NCBI GenBank assembly: GCA_964588355.1
Contig: CAZPPB010000005.1
Coordinates: forward strand, 218 to 64,217
Reading direction: 5' to 3'
Source: an uncultured Spirochaetaceae bacterium
Lineage (GTDB): Bacteria; Spirochaetota; Spirochaetia; SZUA-6; DRHE01
DNA length: 64,000 nt
In this document: positions 34,650 to 45,056 of the stretch, one piece after another
Position numbering within the stretch: the first letter of the stretch is position 1
Layout: the number at the start of each line of letters is the position of its first letter
The notes under the pieces: model-generated
Databases searched by the model: none
Told to the model about the DNA's origin: nothing
The model's input: the letters and a program-made list of their open reading frames with translations, nothing else
Made by a program: the position numbers and the translations under genes

Positions 34650-35792
34650 ATGAAAAAAGTGTTTCTGCTACTGTTTGCCATTCTCATGGTTGTAGCCCTT
34701 CTGGGCTGCAAGAAGGAAGAGAAGGCAGCGGTGCCGGAGGGGCCGAAGTACAAGATCGGGATCGTCTTCGACGTGGGCGGACGGGGGGATCAGTCCTTCA
34801 ACGACTCCGCCTACAACGGCATGAAGATGCTCGCGGAGGAGTACAACGGCTACATCAAGGACGATCCGGATCAGGTCGACTTCGGAAAAGAGATCGAACT
34901 GAAGTACCTGGAGCCCCAGACCGGGGGCCAGGACCGGGAGCAGCTGCTGCGGGCTCTTGCCGAAGAGGAATACGATCTGTTGATCGGGGTCGGGTTCCTG
35001 TTCACAGACTCCATAACCAAGGTAGCTGCGGATTTTACGGACCAGCATTTCGGCATCATCGACGGCTTCGTCCCGGATCTGAACGAAGACAGCAACATCA
35101 CCTGCCTGTCCTTCGCCGAGCACGAGGGTTCCTTCCTGGTGGGCGCCATTGCCGCTCTGGTCGACGACACGGGCAAGGTCGGCTTCATCGGCGGGATGGA
35201 TATCCCCCTGATCCACAAGTTCCACGGCGGATTTTTTGCCGGTGCAATGTATGCGAAGGAAGCGTTGCGAAAGCCCGGTGCCCTGCTGGGTCAGTACTGC
35301 GGCAAGGATCCCACGGCGTTCAACGATCCGAAAACAGCGGAAAGCATCGCCGTCAATTTCTACAACCAGGGCGCCTCGATCATCTATCACGCCGCCGGCG
35401 GTTCAGGGGCCGGCCTGTTCAAGGCGGCCAAGGATCTGGATGAATGGGCGATCGGCGTGGATTCCGACCAGGGTCTGATCTACGCCTCCAGTGACAATCC
35501 GGAGGAGCAGGCCATGGCCGAGCACATCCTGACCTCCATGCTCAAGCGGGTGGACAACGCCATTTACCTGACCGGGAAGGAACTGATCGACACGGGCAAC
35601 GTGGCCGGCGGCTACGACGAGTTCGGACTGGCCGACGACGGGGTCGGCTACGCACTCAACCAGTACAACCAGGAAACACTGGCACCGTATACGGCCCAGG
35701 TGGACGAAATCAAGGAGAAGATCATCAGAGGTGAGATCACCGTGCCCGATGACGATGCCAAAGTAGAGGCGTGGGCGGCGGAGGCCTTTTAA
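34650..35792 (+). CDS. BMP-family ABC substrate-binding lipoprotein (nucleoside/purine type)
   Basis: Lipobox LLGC; GGRGDQSFNDSA; FAEHEGSFLVG; IGVDSDQ; SMLKRVD; AAGGAGGT SD. Confidence 0.92.
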   Translation: MKKVFLLLFAILMVVALLGCKKEEKAAVPEGPKYKIGIVFDVGGRGDQSFNDSAYNGMKMLAEEYNGYIKDDPDQVDFGKEIELKYLEPQTGGQDREQLLRALAEEEYDLLIGVGFLFTDSITKVAADFTDQHFGIIDGFVPDLNEDSNITCLSFAEHEGSFLVGAIAALVDDTGKVGFIGGMDIPLIHKFHGGFFAGAMYAKEALRKPGALLGQYCGKDPTAFNDPKTAESIAVNFYNQGASIIYHAAGGSGAGLFKAAKDLDEWAIGVDSDQGLIYASSDNPEEQAMAEHILTSMLKRVDNAIYLTGKELIDTGNVAGGYDEFGLADDGVGYALNQYNQETLAPYTAQVDEIKEKIIRGEITVPDDDAKVEAWAAEAF

Positions 35793-35809
35793 GGCCGATT
35801 AGCTGAACC

Positions 35810-35847
35810 AACGGGACGGACCGCACCTTCGGGCCGTCCCGTTTTTT
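35810..35847 (+). terminator. Intrinsic terminator between the BMP and ATPase genes
   Basis: AACGGGACGG...CCGTCCCGTT stem followed by a T-run. Confidence 0.85.
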
Positions 35848-35878
35848 AATCTTTTTTTAGAACCATGGGAGCTTAAGA

Positions 35879-37405
35879 ATGTCTGACACTCTGCTCGCGA
35901 TGGAAGGAATCACGAAGGTCTTCCCCGGTGTCCTGGCCAATGACGAGGTCAGCTTCGATCTTCAGCCCGGGGAAGTTCACGCCCTTGTGGGGGAAAACGG
36001 GGCGGGCAAGACCACCCTGATGAAGATCCTCTACGGGCTGCAGAAGCCCGATTCGGGGACGATCTATCTGCGTGGCCAGGCCACGAGCATCCGCAATCCC
36101 CGGGACGCGATTGCCCAGGGGATCGGCATGGTCCACCAGCACTTCATGCTGGTTCCTCCTTTCTCGATCCTGGAGAACATCGTTCTGGGGGAAGAGACCC
36201 ATACCGCCGGCATACTGCGGATGGAAGAGCCTACAGAAAAAATCGAACGGATCATGAGAGAAAATGGCCTGCCCGTGGATCTTTCCGTTACCGTGGCGGA
36301 ACTGCCCGTGGGACTGCAGCAGCGCGTGGAAATCCTGAAGATCCTCTACCGGGGTGCGGAGATCCTGGTCTTCGACGAACCTACCGCCGTGCTGACGCCG
36401 GGAGAGGTCGACGATCTGTTCGAGACCTTCCGCATGATGAAGGATCAGGGCAAGGGGATCGTGTTCATCACCCACAAGCTCGACGAGGTTCTGGCCGTCG
36501 CCGACAGGATCACCGTGATCCGGCGGGGCAAGGTCATCGAAACATTGCCGCGCAAGGGAGCTACCAAAGCCAAAATCGCAGAGCTGATGGTCGGAAAGCC
36601 CGTTCTCCTGGAGGTGAAAAAGGAGACCGTCGAAGCGGGAGCCACGATATTGGAGGTTCGCAATCTCCGGCAGACCGGAGAGCGGGGAACCGCCGTACTG
36701 GCGGGAGTAGGTCTCTCGGTCAAAGCCGGTGAAATCTACGGAATCGCAGGGGTGGAGGGCAACGGACAGACCGAACTTGTGAAGGCCGTCACCGAGCCGG
36801 TAAAGCTCGATGAGGGCGATGTCCTGCTGCAGGGGCAGAGCATTCTTTCCTGGGACGTGCGAACCCGAAGGGATGCGGGGATCGCCCATATCCCCGAGGA
36901 CCGCCAACGCTTCGGGCTGCTCCTTCCCTTTTCCCTGGCGGACAACCTGACCCTGGGTCGCCATCACCGCCCGCCCTTCGTCAAAGGATCCCAGTGGATC
37001 GATTCTGCGAAGATCCGCGAGTCGGCCAGAAAGACCATCGCAGCTTTCGATATCCGCACGCCATCGGAGACCACCCCGGCCCATGCACTTTCCGGGGGTA
37101 ACCAGCAGAAAGCCATCGTGGCAAGAGAGATGAGCTTCGAGCCGATCCTGCTGGTAGCCTCCCAGCCGACCCGGGGAGTGGACATCGGCGCCCAGGAGTT
37201 CATCTACTCCCAGCTGCTGGAGGCCAGGCAGAACGGGAAAGCGGTGCTGCTGGTCTCCGCAGACCTGGATGAGATCCTGTCGCTGGCGGACCGCATCGGG
37301 GTGATGTTCAAAGGCCACATTATCAAGGAACTGGATCGAGCCGAGGCCACCCGCGAGAAGATCGGGCTGTACATGACTGGAGGCGAACAAGATGCTGCGC
37401 ATTAG
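35879..37405 (+). CDS. ABC transporter ATPase with two NBDs (CUT2/NupO type)
   Basis: [33 protein letters not shown]. Confidence 0.95.
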   Translation: MSDTLLAMEGITKVFPGVLANDEVSFDLQPGEVHALVGENGAGKTTLMKILYGLQKPDSGTIYLRGQATSIRNPRDAIAQGIGMVHQHFMLVPPFSILENIVLGEETHTAGILRMEEPTEKIERIMRENGLPVDLSVTVAELPVGLQQRVEILKILYRGAEILVFDEPTAVLTPGEVDDLFETFRMMKDQGKGIVFITHKLDEVLAVADRITVIRRGKVIETLPRKGATKAKIAELMVGKPVLLEVKKETVEAGATILEVRNLRQTGERGTAVLAGVGLSVKAGEIYGIAGVEGNGQTELVKAVTEPVKLDEGDVLLQGQSILSWDVRTRRDAGIAHIPEDRQRFGLLLPFSLADNLTLGRHHRPPFVKGSQWIDSAKIRESARKTIAAFDIRTPSETTPAHALSGGNQQKAIVAREMSFEPILLVASQPTRGVDIGAQEFIYSQLLEARQNGKAVLLVSADLDEILSLADRIGVMFKGHIIKELDRAEATREKIGLYMTGGEQDAAH

Positions 37406-38489
37406 ATTCGACAAGTTCCGGCTCATGGAGCTGCTGGCTCCCGTACTGGGATTCCTGGCCGCTCTGGTCGTGCTGCTGATCATCACCATGATCGTGGGGG
37501 AAACCCCGGGCAACACCATCCGGGCTATCCTCAAGTTCACCGTCTCCAACGCCTACCGCCTGGCCAGCGTTTTCTCCGTAGCCATCCCCCTGTTCCTCTC
37601 AGGGCTGGCCGTGGCCATTGCCTTCCGGGCCGGGGTGTTCAACATCGGCGTGGAGGGGCAGTACTTCATCGGCGGACTTGTCGGCGCACTGGCCGGCATT
37701 TACCTGCCCCTTCCCAAGGTGATCCACCTGCCCGTAGTTGTGCTTGCCGCGATGGCCGGAGGCGCTCTCTGGGCGGCGATTCCGGCGGTGCTGAAGATCA
37801 CCAAGGGCATCCACGAGGTCATCTCCACGATCATGTTCAACAACATCGCCCTGGCCCTGGTGAACTTTCTGGTCAACGGCCCGTTGTCGGGGCGGGGTGA
37901 ACAGAGCCTCGAGCCGCAGACCCGCAGGATCCTGTCCACCGCCCTGTTCGGCAAGCTCAACCACTGGTTCCAGGCGATCGGCCTGAACGTGCCCAACCAC
38001 GTGTACCTGGACTACACCCTGATCGTGGCCATCATCATGGGCATTCTGGCCTATGTCCTGCTGTTCCGGTTGCGTTTCGGTTTCGAGATTCGCGCGGTGG
38101 GCACCTCCATCGACGTCTCCCATTACGCCGGCATCCGGGTAAAGACTGTACAGCTGGGAGTGTTTTTGATCAGCGGGGCCGTGGCCGGTTTGATCGGTAT
38201 GCAGGAGATCTTCGCTATCCGGGGATACTACACCTTCCAGATCGCCTCAGGGCTGGGTTTCGACGGCATCGCCATCGCCCTGATCGGCCGCAACTCCCCC
38301 ATCGGGGTGATCTTTTCGGCCATCCTGTTCGCCTTTCTCAAGCAGGCTGGCTACGGGCTTCAGTTGTATACCTCCGTGCCGAATTCGATCATCTACATTA
38401 TTACCGGTCTGATGATCATATTCATCGTGATCATCAATGAAATCGTGACCCGCTACATTCGGGCGCTGCGCAAGAAGGAGGCTGCCTGA
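37392..38489 (+). CDS. ABC transporter permease 1
   Basis: GVFNIGVEGQ, HEVISTIMFN, GFEIRAVG, GFDGIAIALIGRN. Confidence 0.92.
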   Translation: MLRIRFDKFRLMELLAPVLGFLAALVVLLIITMIVGETPGNTIRAILKFTVSNAYRLASVFSVAIPLFLSGLAVAIAFRAGVFNIGVEGQYFIGGLVGALAGIYLPLPKVIHLPVVVLAAMAGGALWAAIPAVLKITKGIHEVISTIMFNNIALALVNFLVNGPLSGRGEQSLEPQTRRILSTALFGKLNHWFQAIGLNVPNHVYLDYTLIVAIIMGILAYVLLFRLRFGFEIRAVGTSIDVSHYAGIRVKTVQLGVFLISGAVAGLIGMQEIFAIRGYYTFQIASGLGFDGIAIALIGRNSPIGVIFSAILFAFLKQAGYGLQLYTSVPNSIIYIITGLMIIFIVIINEIVTRYIRALRKKEAA

Positions 38490-38490
38490 G

Positions 38491-39363
38491 ATGGATTTTT
38501 CGATCATCCTAGATTTCCTGTTCAAAGGGTTGGAGATATCCGGACCGATCGCCTTCGCCGCCCTGGGCGCCGTTTTCTGTGAACGCAGCGGCGTCATCAA
38601 TATCGCCCTTGAAGGCTTCATGGCGGTTACAACCTTCACGATCGTGTGGGGATCTATCGTCTTCCAGAGCATCTGGATGGGACTGCTGGTGGCCATCGTA
38701 ACCGGTGTCATCATTAGCCTGATCCTTGCGGTGGCCACCATCACCTACCGTGTCAACCAGATCGTCAGTGGGGTGGCCATAAACATCATGGCTGTAGGCA
38801 TCGGCCGCTTCCTGTCCCAGAACATCTTCAACCAGGAGACCCAGTCACAGCTGAATCCCTACCTGTTTCCGACGGTGTTCGGCATCAACTCCTTCGCCTT
38901 CGCGCTCATTCCGATCACGGCGATCTGCTGGTTCGTGCTGTTCAGGACCCGCTTCGGCCTGCGCCTGCGCGCCGTAGGTGAAAATCCGGAGGCGGCGGAT
39001 ACCCTGGGAATCAACGTGTATCTGATGCGCTACTCCGGGGTGATGCTCTCCGGGGTGATGTGCGGCCTGGCCGCGGCTGTGCTCTATCCGGCCAAGTGGA
39101 TCAACGGCATGACCGGCGGCAGGGGATTCATCGCGCTGGCGGCCATGATCTTCGGGCGCTGGCACCCGGTGGGGGCGGTGCTGGCGGCACTCCTGTTCGG
39201 CTACGCCGACACCTTCCGCATCATGTTCGAAACCAAGATTCCCATTCCCAGTCAATTCGTGCAGATGCTGCCCTACGTGCTGGCTATTCTCGTGCTGGTG
39301 GGAATGATGGGGAAGGCAAAAGCTCCGGCTGCAGACGGTAAACCCTACGAACCGGGTGAGTGA
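38491..39363 (+). CDS. ABC transporter permease 2
   Basis: ERSGVINIALEG, GLRLRAVGENPEAADTLG, GRGFIALAAMIFG. Confidence 0.92.
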   Translation: MDFSIILDFLFKGLEISGPIAFAALGAVFCERSGVINIALEGFMAVTTFTIVWGSIVFQSIWMGLLVAIVTGVIISLILAVATITYRVNQIVSGVAINIMAVGIGRFLSQNIFNQETQSQLNPYLFPTVFGINSFAFALIPITAICWFVLFRTRFGLRLRAVGENPEAADTLGINVYLMRYSGVMLSGVMCGLAAAVLYPAKWINGMTGGRGFIALAAMIFGRWHPVGAVLAALLFGYADTFRIMFETKIPIPSQFVQMLPYVLAILVLVGMMGKAKAPAADGKPYEPGE

Positions 39364-39379
39364 ACCCGGCGGCTTCAGG

Positions 39380-39964
39380 TCAGCCGCTGAGGCGTCGCAG
39401 CTCCTGCTTGGCCCTGGATAGAACCTCGTTGTACCGATCCTCGAGGATCGTCATGTTTTCACGCAGCATCTTCTGGAAGTCCGGATCCATGGCCGGATCT
39501 ATCTTGACTCGTGCGCCCACCTGCTGGCTCATCGCCTGCTCTTTCTGCCGCAGGATCGGCTGGAATCTCTGCTCCACAGCTTCCACGACCCTCTTGCGCT
39601 CCTGCAGGAAATCCCCCAGGAACTGCTCCATCTGGTTCAACAACTTGCCGAGGTGTTTGCTGTCGGCAACCAGAGCGTGGAATCCCTTCCCGGCCTTCTT
39701 GCTCTGGAGAAGCGACATCTCATCCAACGGAAGTTTGAGATTGGCCAGCAGGGCCTGCAGAGCTCCCTCTTTGACGTGACGAAGCTGCTTCTTGTCGAAA
39801 CCCTCGAGCAGTTTTTTTAGATCGACATCCTCCTCCGACAGAAACTTGGAGACTGCCTTCTTCCCCTCCGTGATGAAGGTATTTGCCTCCAGGGCTTCCT
39901 TGTTGGCCTCTACATCCTGGGTGCGCTCCAGCGCGATTTCCAAAGCCGATTTGATTTCTGACAT
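39380..39964 (-). CDS. Hypothetical alpha-helical protein
   Basis: 194-aa ORF starting MSEIKSALEIALERT, with coding-like composition; no motif recognised. Confidence 0.7.
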   Translation of the reverse strand: MSEIKSALEIALERTQDVEANKEALEANTFITEGKKAVSKFLSEEDVDLKKLLEGFDKKQLRHVKEGALQALLANLKLPLDEMSLLQSKKAGKGFHALVADSKHLGKLLNQMEQFLGDFLQERKRVVEAVEQRFQPILRQKEQAMSQQVGARVKIDPAMDPDFQKMLRENMTILEDRYNEVLSRAKQELRRLSG

Positions 39965-40096
39965 GGTTTTTTTCCCGTCTGTTTTCTTTGTTTCTCACAA
40001 TTTACTCAGGAATGGTGCCCAAAATCAAGGTGGGGAAGCCCAGGCGCGGCCAGCGGCGGGCGGCCAGCAGCACGCGATCTTGCAGTGGAGTTTTCC

Positions 40097-40711
40097 TCAA
40101 CCAATAACTTCGCGATCCGTAACGATCCCCTCCAGGATCTCGTCGTGATCCGAAACCGGCACCCGCTCCACCAGCTGCTCTGCGAAGGCCAGACCCACGG
40201 CCCAGGACCGGCTGCCAGCCGGGTGAGCCGCCCGTAATCGGTGCAGAAAGCGGTCGTAGAAGCCCTTCCCCCTTCCCAGCCGACGCCCCTCGCTGTCGAA
40301 GGCCAGGCCGGGGGTCAGGACGAGCAGCCGTTTTCCCGTAGGCAGGGAGGGATCGACCAGCTTCCAGGCGGGATCCGGCTCGAGGATCCCGAACTGATTG
40401 GGAAGCAGGTTTTCTGTGCGTCCGTCGTAGAAATAGAAAGCCAGATCCTCCCCCTCCATGCGGGGGATGGCCACCCTCTTTCCGTCCCGATAAGCCCGGG
40501 CCACGATAAAACGGGTGTCCACCTCACCGCCCATGGGGATGTAGATGAACACCCACTGCCCGTCCCTCCACCAGGAGGTCGGAAACAGCCGCTCGGCCAG
40601 GGATTGACTCCTGCTCTCGATCTGCGGACCGTCGAGCGCGGCCAGCCGGGCTCTGACTTGCGCTCGCACTGTTCGCTTCCGGGCGACGATATCTGTAGTT
40701 GATTCAGCCAC
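40097..40711 (-). CDS. 5-formyltetrahydrofolate cyclo-ligase
   Basis: GEVDT, FGILEP, TPGLAFDSEGRRLGRGKGFYDRFL. Confidence 0.92.
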   Translation of the reverse strand: MAESTTDIVARKRTVRAQVRARLAALDGPQIESRSQSLAERLFPTSWWRDGQWVFIYIPMGGEVDTRFIVARAYRDGKRVAIPRMEGEDLAFYFYDGRTENLLPNQFGILEPDPAWKLVDPSLPTGKRLLVLTPGLAFDSEGRRLGRGKGFYDRFLHRLRAAHPAGSRSWAVGLAFAEQLVERVPVSDHDEILEGIVTDREVIG

Positions 40712-40811
40712 TTCGAGACCCCTCCACTCTGTCGATGTTTAAGATTTCTCTATCCTGCAAACCGCTCCTCCAGTCTCAGCCCGTCCCTCCACCGAGCCAG
40801 GCGACGATCTG

Positions 40812-40978
40812 GCCGCAGGTCACCACCGAGTTCAACTCGAGGGATCGGAGGGTCAGCTCCAGATCCGTCTGATAGAACCCGCGTACCGCCGCTTGATGAT
40901 CACCTTCTCGCCCCGATCCACCGACAGACCTTCGGCAACCTCCACATCCGCAGCGCCCTCCAGAATCGGGGTCGGCCA
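40812..40978 (-). pseudogene. Frameshifted internal remnant of an isochorismatase/cysteine-hydrolase gene
   Basis: One frame reads VEVAEGLSVDRGEKVIIKRRY and another GFYQTDLELTLRSLELNSVVTCG. One base restored near 40882 gives KRRYSGFYQTDL. No start or C-terminus. Confidence 0.65.
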
Positions 40979-42052
40979 TCAAGCACGTGCCTCGAAGACT
41001 TCCACCGCCCGTCTCATCTTGCCGATGATGTCGACCTGGAATGGACAGCGCTCCACGCACACCCCGCACTCGGTGCAATCCGACCCCCTGGCGGTCATGT
41101 CTGCGTAACGCTGCCTATTCGTGCTGTCGTGGCCGGGTCCGTGTCCGAAATGCTCCACGTAGTCCAGGCAGCGGATCACCTCCGGGATGAGGATCTCCTG
41201 GGGACAGGGAAGACAGTGTTTGCACAGCACGCACTGGCCGCGAAGCCGTTCGGTCAGCTCCTTGTGCAGCGGCGCATAGGTCTTCTCCTGCTCCGATGCC
41301 TCTACATAGTCCAGTGCCTGCCGGAACTCCTGCGCATTCCTCGGTCCGGGCACCACAGTGGCAACCGGTTGGGAAAGTACGTAGTGCAGACACTGCACCG
41401 GCGAAATGCCGGTCGGACGACCTTCGCTGTGCAGGAGCCGGCCGCCGTAGTAGGGCTTCATAGCCACGACCCCCACCCCGAGTTCTTCTGCGGCCTCCAG
41501 GAGCACCTGACTGTCCGTGTCCTCCCGATGCTGGTAGAGATTGACGGGAAACATGAGAACATCGATCAATCCGGATTCCATAGCCTGACGGGCGATATCT
41601 GGGTAGTGACTGCTCAATCCGATGAATCCCAACCGGCCCTGACGCCGGTATCCTTCGAGGTTTTCTATGGACTCCTGAGCCCACCCCTGCCAGACATCCT
41701 CGGTATCCACCATCGTGAGGACGGCAATCTCCACATAGTTGTTGCCGACCCTCTCGAGAACCAGCTCGAAGCATTCCCGGCAGCGATCGACAGGTTCGTG
41801 GGCTACGAATCCCCAGTGAGCGGCCAGGGTCAGGCTATCCCGATGGCGCTGTACAGCAGGGATGATTGCCCGCCAGTGCTCGGCATAGATCCCGGTCGGA
41901 TCGTTGTAGACCAGATCGACGTATTCGCCTCCGGCCGACACGGCCAGATCGAACACCTCGTCCATATTCCTCTGCACCGCCTCCAAGTGCTCGACCCCCA
42001 GCCCGATCACGCCGACCTCCAACCCGGTTGCCCCGAGAACCCGCTTGTCCAT
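40979..42052 (-). CDS. Aldo/keto reductase with C-terminal 4Fe-4S dicluster
   Basis: GFIGLSSH, MFPVN, VVAMKPYYGG; CVLCKHCLPCP and CTECGVCVERCP. Confidence 0.9.
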   Translation of the reverse strand: MDKRVLGATGLEVGVIGLGVEHLEAVQRNMDEVFDLAVSAGGEYVDLVYNDPTGIYAEHWRAIIPAVQRHRDSLTLAAHWGFVAHEPVDRCRECFELVLERVGNNYVEIAVLTMVDTEDVWQGWAQESIENLEGYRRQGRLGFIGLSSHYPDIARQAMESGLIDVLMFPVNLYQHREDTDSQVLLEAAEELGVGVVAMKPYYGGRLLHSEGRPTGISPVQCLHYVLSQPVATVVPGPRNAQEFRQALDYVEASEQEKTYAPLHKELTERLRGQCVLCKHCLPCPQEILIPEVIRCLDYVEHFGHGPGHDSTNRQRYADMTARGSDCTECGVCVERCPFQVDIIGKMRRAVEVFEARA

Positions 42053-42152
42053 GTCCTCAAATCCTCGTTTTCGCCGCCCTTTGTTGCACTGTTGAACTCT
42101 ACACTATATCCTTGAAGTCGAGAAGCAATATTTGTCTTCGGAGGAAAGCGAG

Positions 42153-43307
42153 ATGAATGACAGGAAACTGCGGGCGGGGATGATCGGAGGAGGAATCGGG
42201 GCGTTTATCGGGCCGGTGCACCGCATGGCCCTGGAGCTGGACAACGAGGCCGAGCTTATAGGCGGAGCGTTTTCCCGGGATCCGGAGAAGTCCAGGGCAA
42301 GCGCCGCCCGGCTCTATCTCGATCCGAAGCGGGTCTATCACGACTACCGGGTCATGGCGGAGAGGGAAGCGAAATTGTCGGAGGACCGACGGCTCGATTT
42401 CGTGGTCATCGTCACCCCCAATTCCTCCCACTTCGAAATCGCCCGCACGTTTCTGGAATCCGGGTTTCACGTGGTCTGTGACAAACCTGTGGCTCTGTCC
42501 CTGGAAGAGGCGAAAATCCTGCGAGACACCGCGCGGGACAAACGGCGCCTGTTGATGATCACCCATGCCTACACCGGGTATCCCATGGCGAAGCAGGCGA
42601 GACAGATGATCAAAAACGGTGAGTTGGGGGACATCCTGAAAGTCGTCGTCGAATACTTCCAGGGCTGGATACCCTTTCGCCTGCAGGGTGAGGCAAAGGC
42701 GGACAAAGCCTGGAAATTCGATCCGAAGGTGTCGGGACCCTCTCTAACGGTGGCAGACATCGGGATCCATGCGGAAAACCTCGCCCACTACGTCACGGGT
42801 TTGGAGATCGAAGAGCTGTGCGCAGATACGAACTCCTTTCTGGCCGGCAGAGGGCTGGAGGACGACGCAGCCGTGCTGATCCGCTACCGGGGGGGCGCCA
42901 GAGGCATTCTCAGCGTATCCCAGATGCTGGCGGGGGAGCACAACGGATTGACCATCCGGGTCTACGGAAGCAAAAAGAGTCTGTTCTGGAAGCAGGAGCA
43001 GCCGGAGATCTTGCTCGTACGGGACATCAACCGATTCGACACGGTCCTTCACAAGGGAGGACCGGATCTGTACCAGGAGGCCGACGCAGCCAAGAGACTG
43101 CCCAGCGGTCACCCCGACGGGCTCACCGCCGCCTTCGCCAATCTGTACCGGGCCTTCTTTCAGGCGATCCGGCGGCGGAGCAGCGGTGAAGATGCTCCCC
43201 GAGGGGATTACCCGGACATCGCCGACGGGGTAAGGGGCATGGCTTTCGTGGAGACGGTGCTGCAGAGCGCCGCTTCCCAGAGTAAGTGGCTCAAGATGAA
43301 GGAGTAG
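42153..43307 (+). CDS. Gfo/Idh/MocA-family oxidoreductase
   Basis: GMIGGGIGAFIG, VTPNSSH, VVCDKP, YTGYPM, DIGIHA; GGAGG SD before ATG 42153. Confidence 0.92.
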   Translation: MNDRKLRAGMIGGGIGAFIGPVHRMALELDNEAELIGGAFSRDPEKSRASAARLYLDPKRVYHDYRVMAEREAKLSEDRRLDFVVIVTPNSSHFEIARTFLESGFHVVCDKPVALSLEEAKILRDTARDKRRLLMITHAYTGYPMAKQARQMIKNGELGDILKVVVEYFQGWIPFRLQGEAKADKAWKFDPKVSGPSLTVADIGIHAENLAHYVTGLEIEELCADTNSFLAGRGLEDDAAVLIRYRGGARGILSVSQMLAGEHNGLTIRVYGSKKSLFWKQEQPEILLVRDINRFDTVLHKGGPDLYQEADAAKRLPSGHPDGLTAAFANLYRAFFQAIRRRSSGEDAPRGDYPDIADGVRGMAFVETVLQSAASQSKWLKMKE

Positions 43308-43317
43308 TGACGGTACC

Positions 43318-44259
43318 ATGACTGAGGTACAGCAAGATGGAGCCCGAAGCCCGACCTTCGAGCCCCTCAGATTCGGAGCGATCCTGGACAGGACGATCAG
43401 TCACTATATCCGCAACTTCGTGCTGTTCTTCGGCATCATGCTGATCCCGCAGGGGCTGACCTACGCCGCCGGGATCGTTCTCAGCAAGAGCCTGGGGTGG
43501 AGCAACCGGCTGGCCACCGTGCTCTACGTCCTCGTGTATATCGTGATCTACCTGCTCAGCCTCGCGGCCGGAACCGGCGCAGCCACCGTGGCCATCAGCA
43601 GCCGCTATCTGGACCGGGAGATCTCCGTGGCGGCCGCCTACAGGCAGGGGCTGCGCAGGATCGGTTCGATCATGCGGGCCTGGGTCATTGCCGCCATCCT
43701 GATCGGGCTGGTCTTCCTGGGTTTCCTGGCGGGCCTGATTGTTCTGTCCGGTGTTGCCACAGCGGTATTCCCCTATCCTGCCCAGCAGATGGCTTTTCTT
43801 ATGCTTCCTGCTATTGTTTTCCTGGGCGGCATCCTCCTGGTAGGGAGAATGATCGCATCCTACAGCCTGATCACCCCCGTGAACGTGCTGGAGAACTGCT
43901 CAGCCCGCCAGAGCCGCAAGCGGTCGCGGCTGCTGACGAAGGGCGTGCGCTGGGGGATTTTCGGGATCTTTCTCCTCTACCTGATCGTCGTCACGATTGC
44001 TTCGTTTGGATTGACGCTGCTCGTCAATCTGGCCATGGGGATCGGCCCGCGCCTGCTGTTCACAGCGGAGCAGAGCTACATCCACTATCTGGTGAGGGCG
44101 CCGCTGCAGTTCCTCTTGGCCCCCATCCCGGCGATCCTGGTCGTGCTCATCTTCTACAACCAGCGCATCCGCAAAGAGGGCTATGACCTGGTGCTTCTTG
44201 CCGAAGCCCTGGCGGAGACCCGAGATGGCGATTACAATAGAAGGGTGAGCCAGGAATGA
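43318..44259 (+). CDS. Multi-pass membrane protein (MoxR-locus associated, copy 1)
   Basis: Several hydrophobic segments; ends LIFYNQRIRKEGYDL. Confidence 0.8.
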   Translation: MTEVQQDGARSPTFEPLRFGAILDRTISHYIRNFVLFFGIMLIPQGLTYAAGIVLSKSLGWSNRLATVLYVLVYIVIYLLSLAAGTGAATVAISSRYLDREISVAAAYRQGLRRIGSIMRAWVIAAILIGLVFLGFLAGLIVLSGVATAVFPYPAQQMAFLMLPAIVFLGGILLVGRMIASYSLITPVNVLENCSARQSRKRSRLLTKGVRWGIFGIFLLYLIVVTIASFGLTLLVNLAMGIGPRLLFTAEQSYIHYLVRAPLQFLLAPIPAILVVLIFYNQRIRKEGYDLVLLAEALAETRDGDYNRRVSQE

Positions 44260-45056
44260 CCGACCCAGGACGGAGCCCGAACGAAAATCCGCTGCCCAGG
44301 CTCGAAGCCATGACCTTCGGCATGATTCTGGACCGGGCGGTCAATCTCTACTTCCGGAACTTCGGGCTTCTGTTCGGAATCATGGCCGTCTCTCAGGTGA
44401 TCAATCAGATCAACTACGTAATATGGGCCGGGACGATGCAAGGCACGGTGTATGTACCCGCGTTCGTGTACACGCCCGTGTACTATCTGGTCAATCTGCT
44501 GACCATGGCGGTCGGCACCGGAGCGGTGACCATCGCGATCAGCAGCCGATATCTGGGCAGGGAAATCACGATCCTCCAGTCCTACCGAATCGCTCTACGC
44601 AAGCTGTGGACTCTTCTGGGAGCCCGGATCGTGGCGGGTCTGCTGGTGGGGTTGGGTTTTATGCTTCTGGTTATCCCCGGAATTCTTCTGGCCGTGGCCT
44701 TCAGCCTGATCACGCCGGTCGTCATGCTGGAGGACGCTTCGGCGGGAACGAGCCGGGAACGCTCCCGGGAGCTCACAGCGGGATTCCGCTGGCAGATCTT
44801 CGCCCTGTTTCTGATTTACTATATAGTCTATTGGCTGATAACCTTGGTGTTCGGCAGCCTGCTTGTGGCGCTTACCGGATTAATCCTGCCGGCCTTCCTT
44901 GGCGCGCCTTCCGTCGCCAGGCTGCTCCTTGCACCGCTGCTGATTCTGATGACCCCGATTTGGGCGCTGTTCACGGTCCTGATCTACTACAATCAGCGCA
45001 TCAAGAAAGAGGGTTTCGACCTGGCCGTGCTGGCCGAAGCCCTGGTCCGCGAATGA
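44256..45056 (+). CDS. Multi-pass membrane protein (MoxR-locus associated, copy 2)
   Basis: Paralog of the preceding gene; ends LIYYNQRIKKEGFDL; ATGA overlaps at both ends. Confidence 0.8.
   Translation: MTDPGRSPNENPLPRLEAMTFGMILDRAVNLYFRNFGLLFGIMAVSQVINQINYVIWAGTMQGTVYVPAFVYTPVYYLVNLLTMAVGTGAVTIAISSRYLGREITILQSYRIALRKLWTLLGARIVAGLLVGLGFMLLVIPGILLAVAFSLITPVVMLEDASAGTSRERSRELTAGFRWQIFALFLIYYIVYWLITLVFGSLLVALTGLILPAFLGAPSVARLLLAPLLILMTPIWALFTVLIYYNQRIKKEGFDLAVLAEALVRE

Noticed and set aside
40880-40886. Programmed frameshift in the isochorismatase-like fragment
   Set aside because: No slippery sequence, and both ends of the gene are missing.
39965-40978. 6S RNA next to the 5-formyl-THF cyclo-ligase gene
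   Set aside because: The upstream space is occupied by the isochorismatase remnant, and neither flank shows a long rod with a central bubble.
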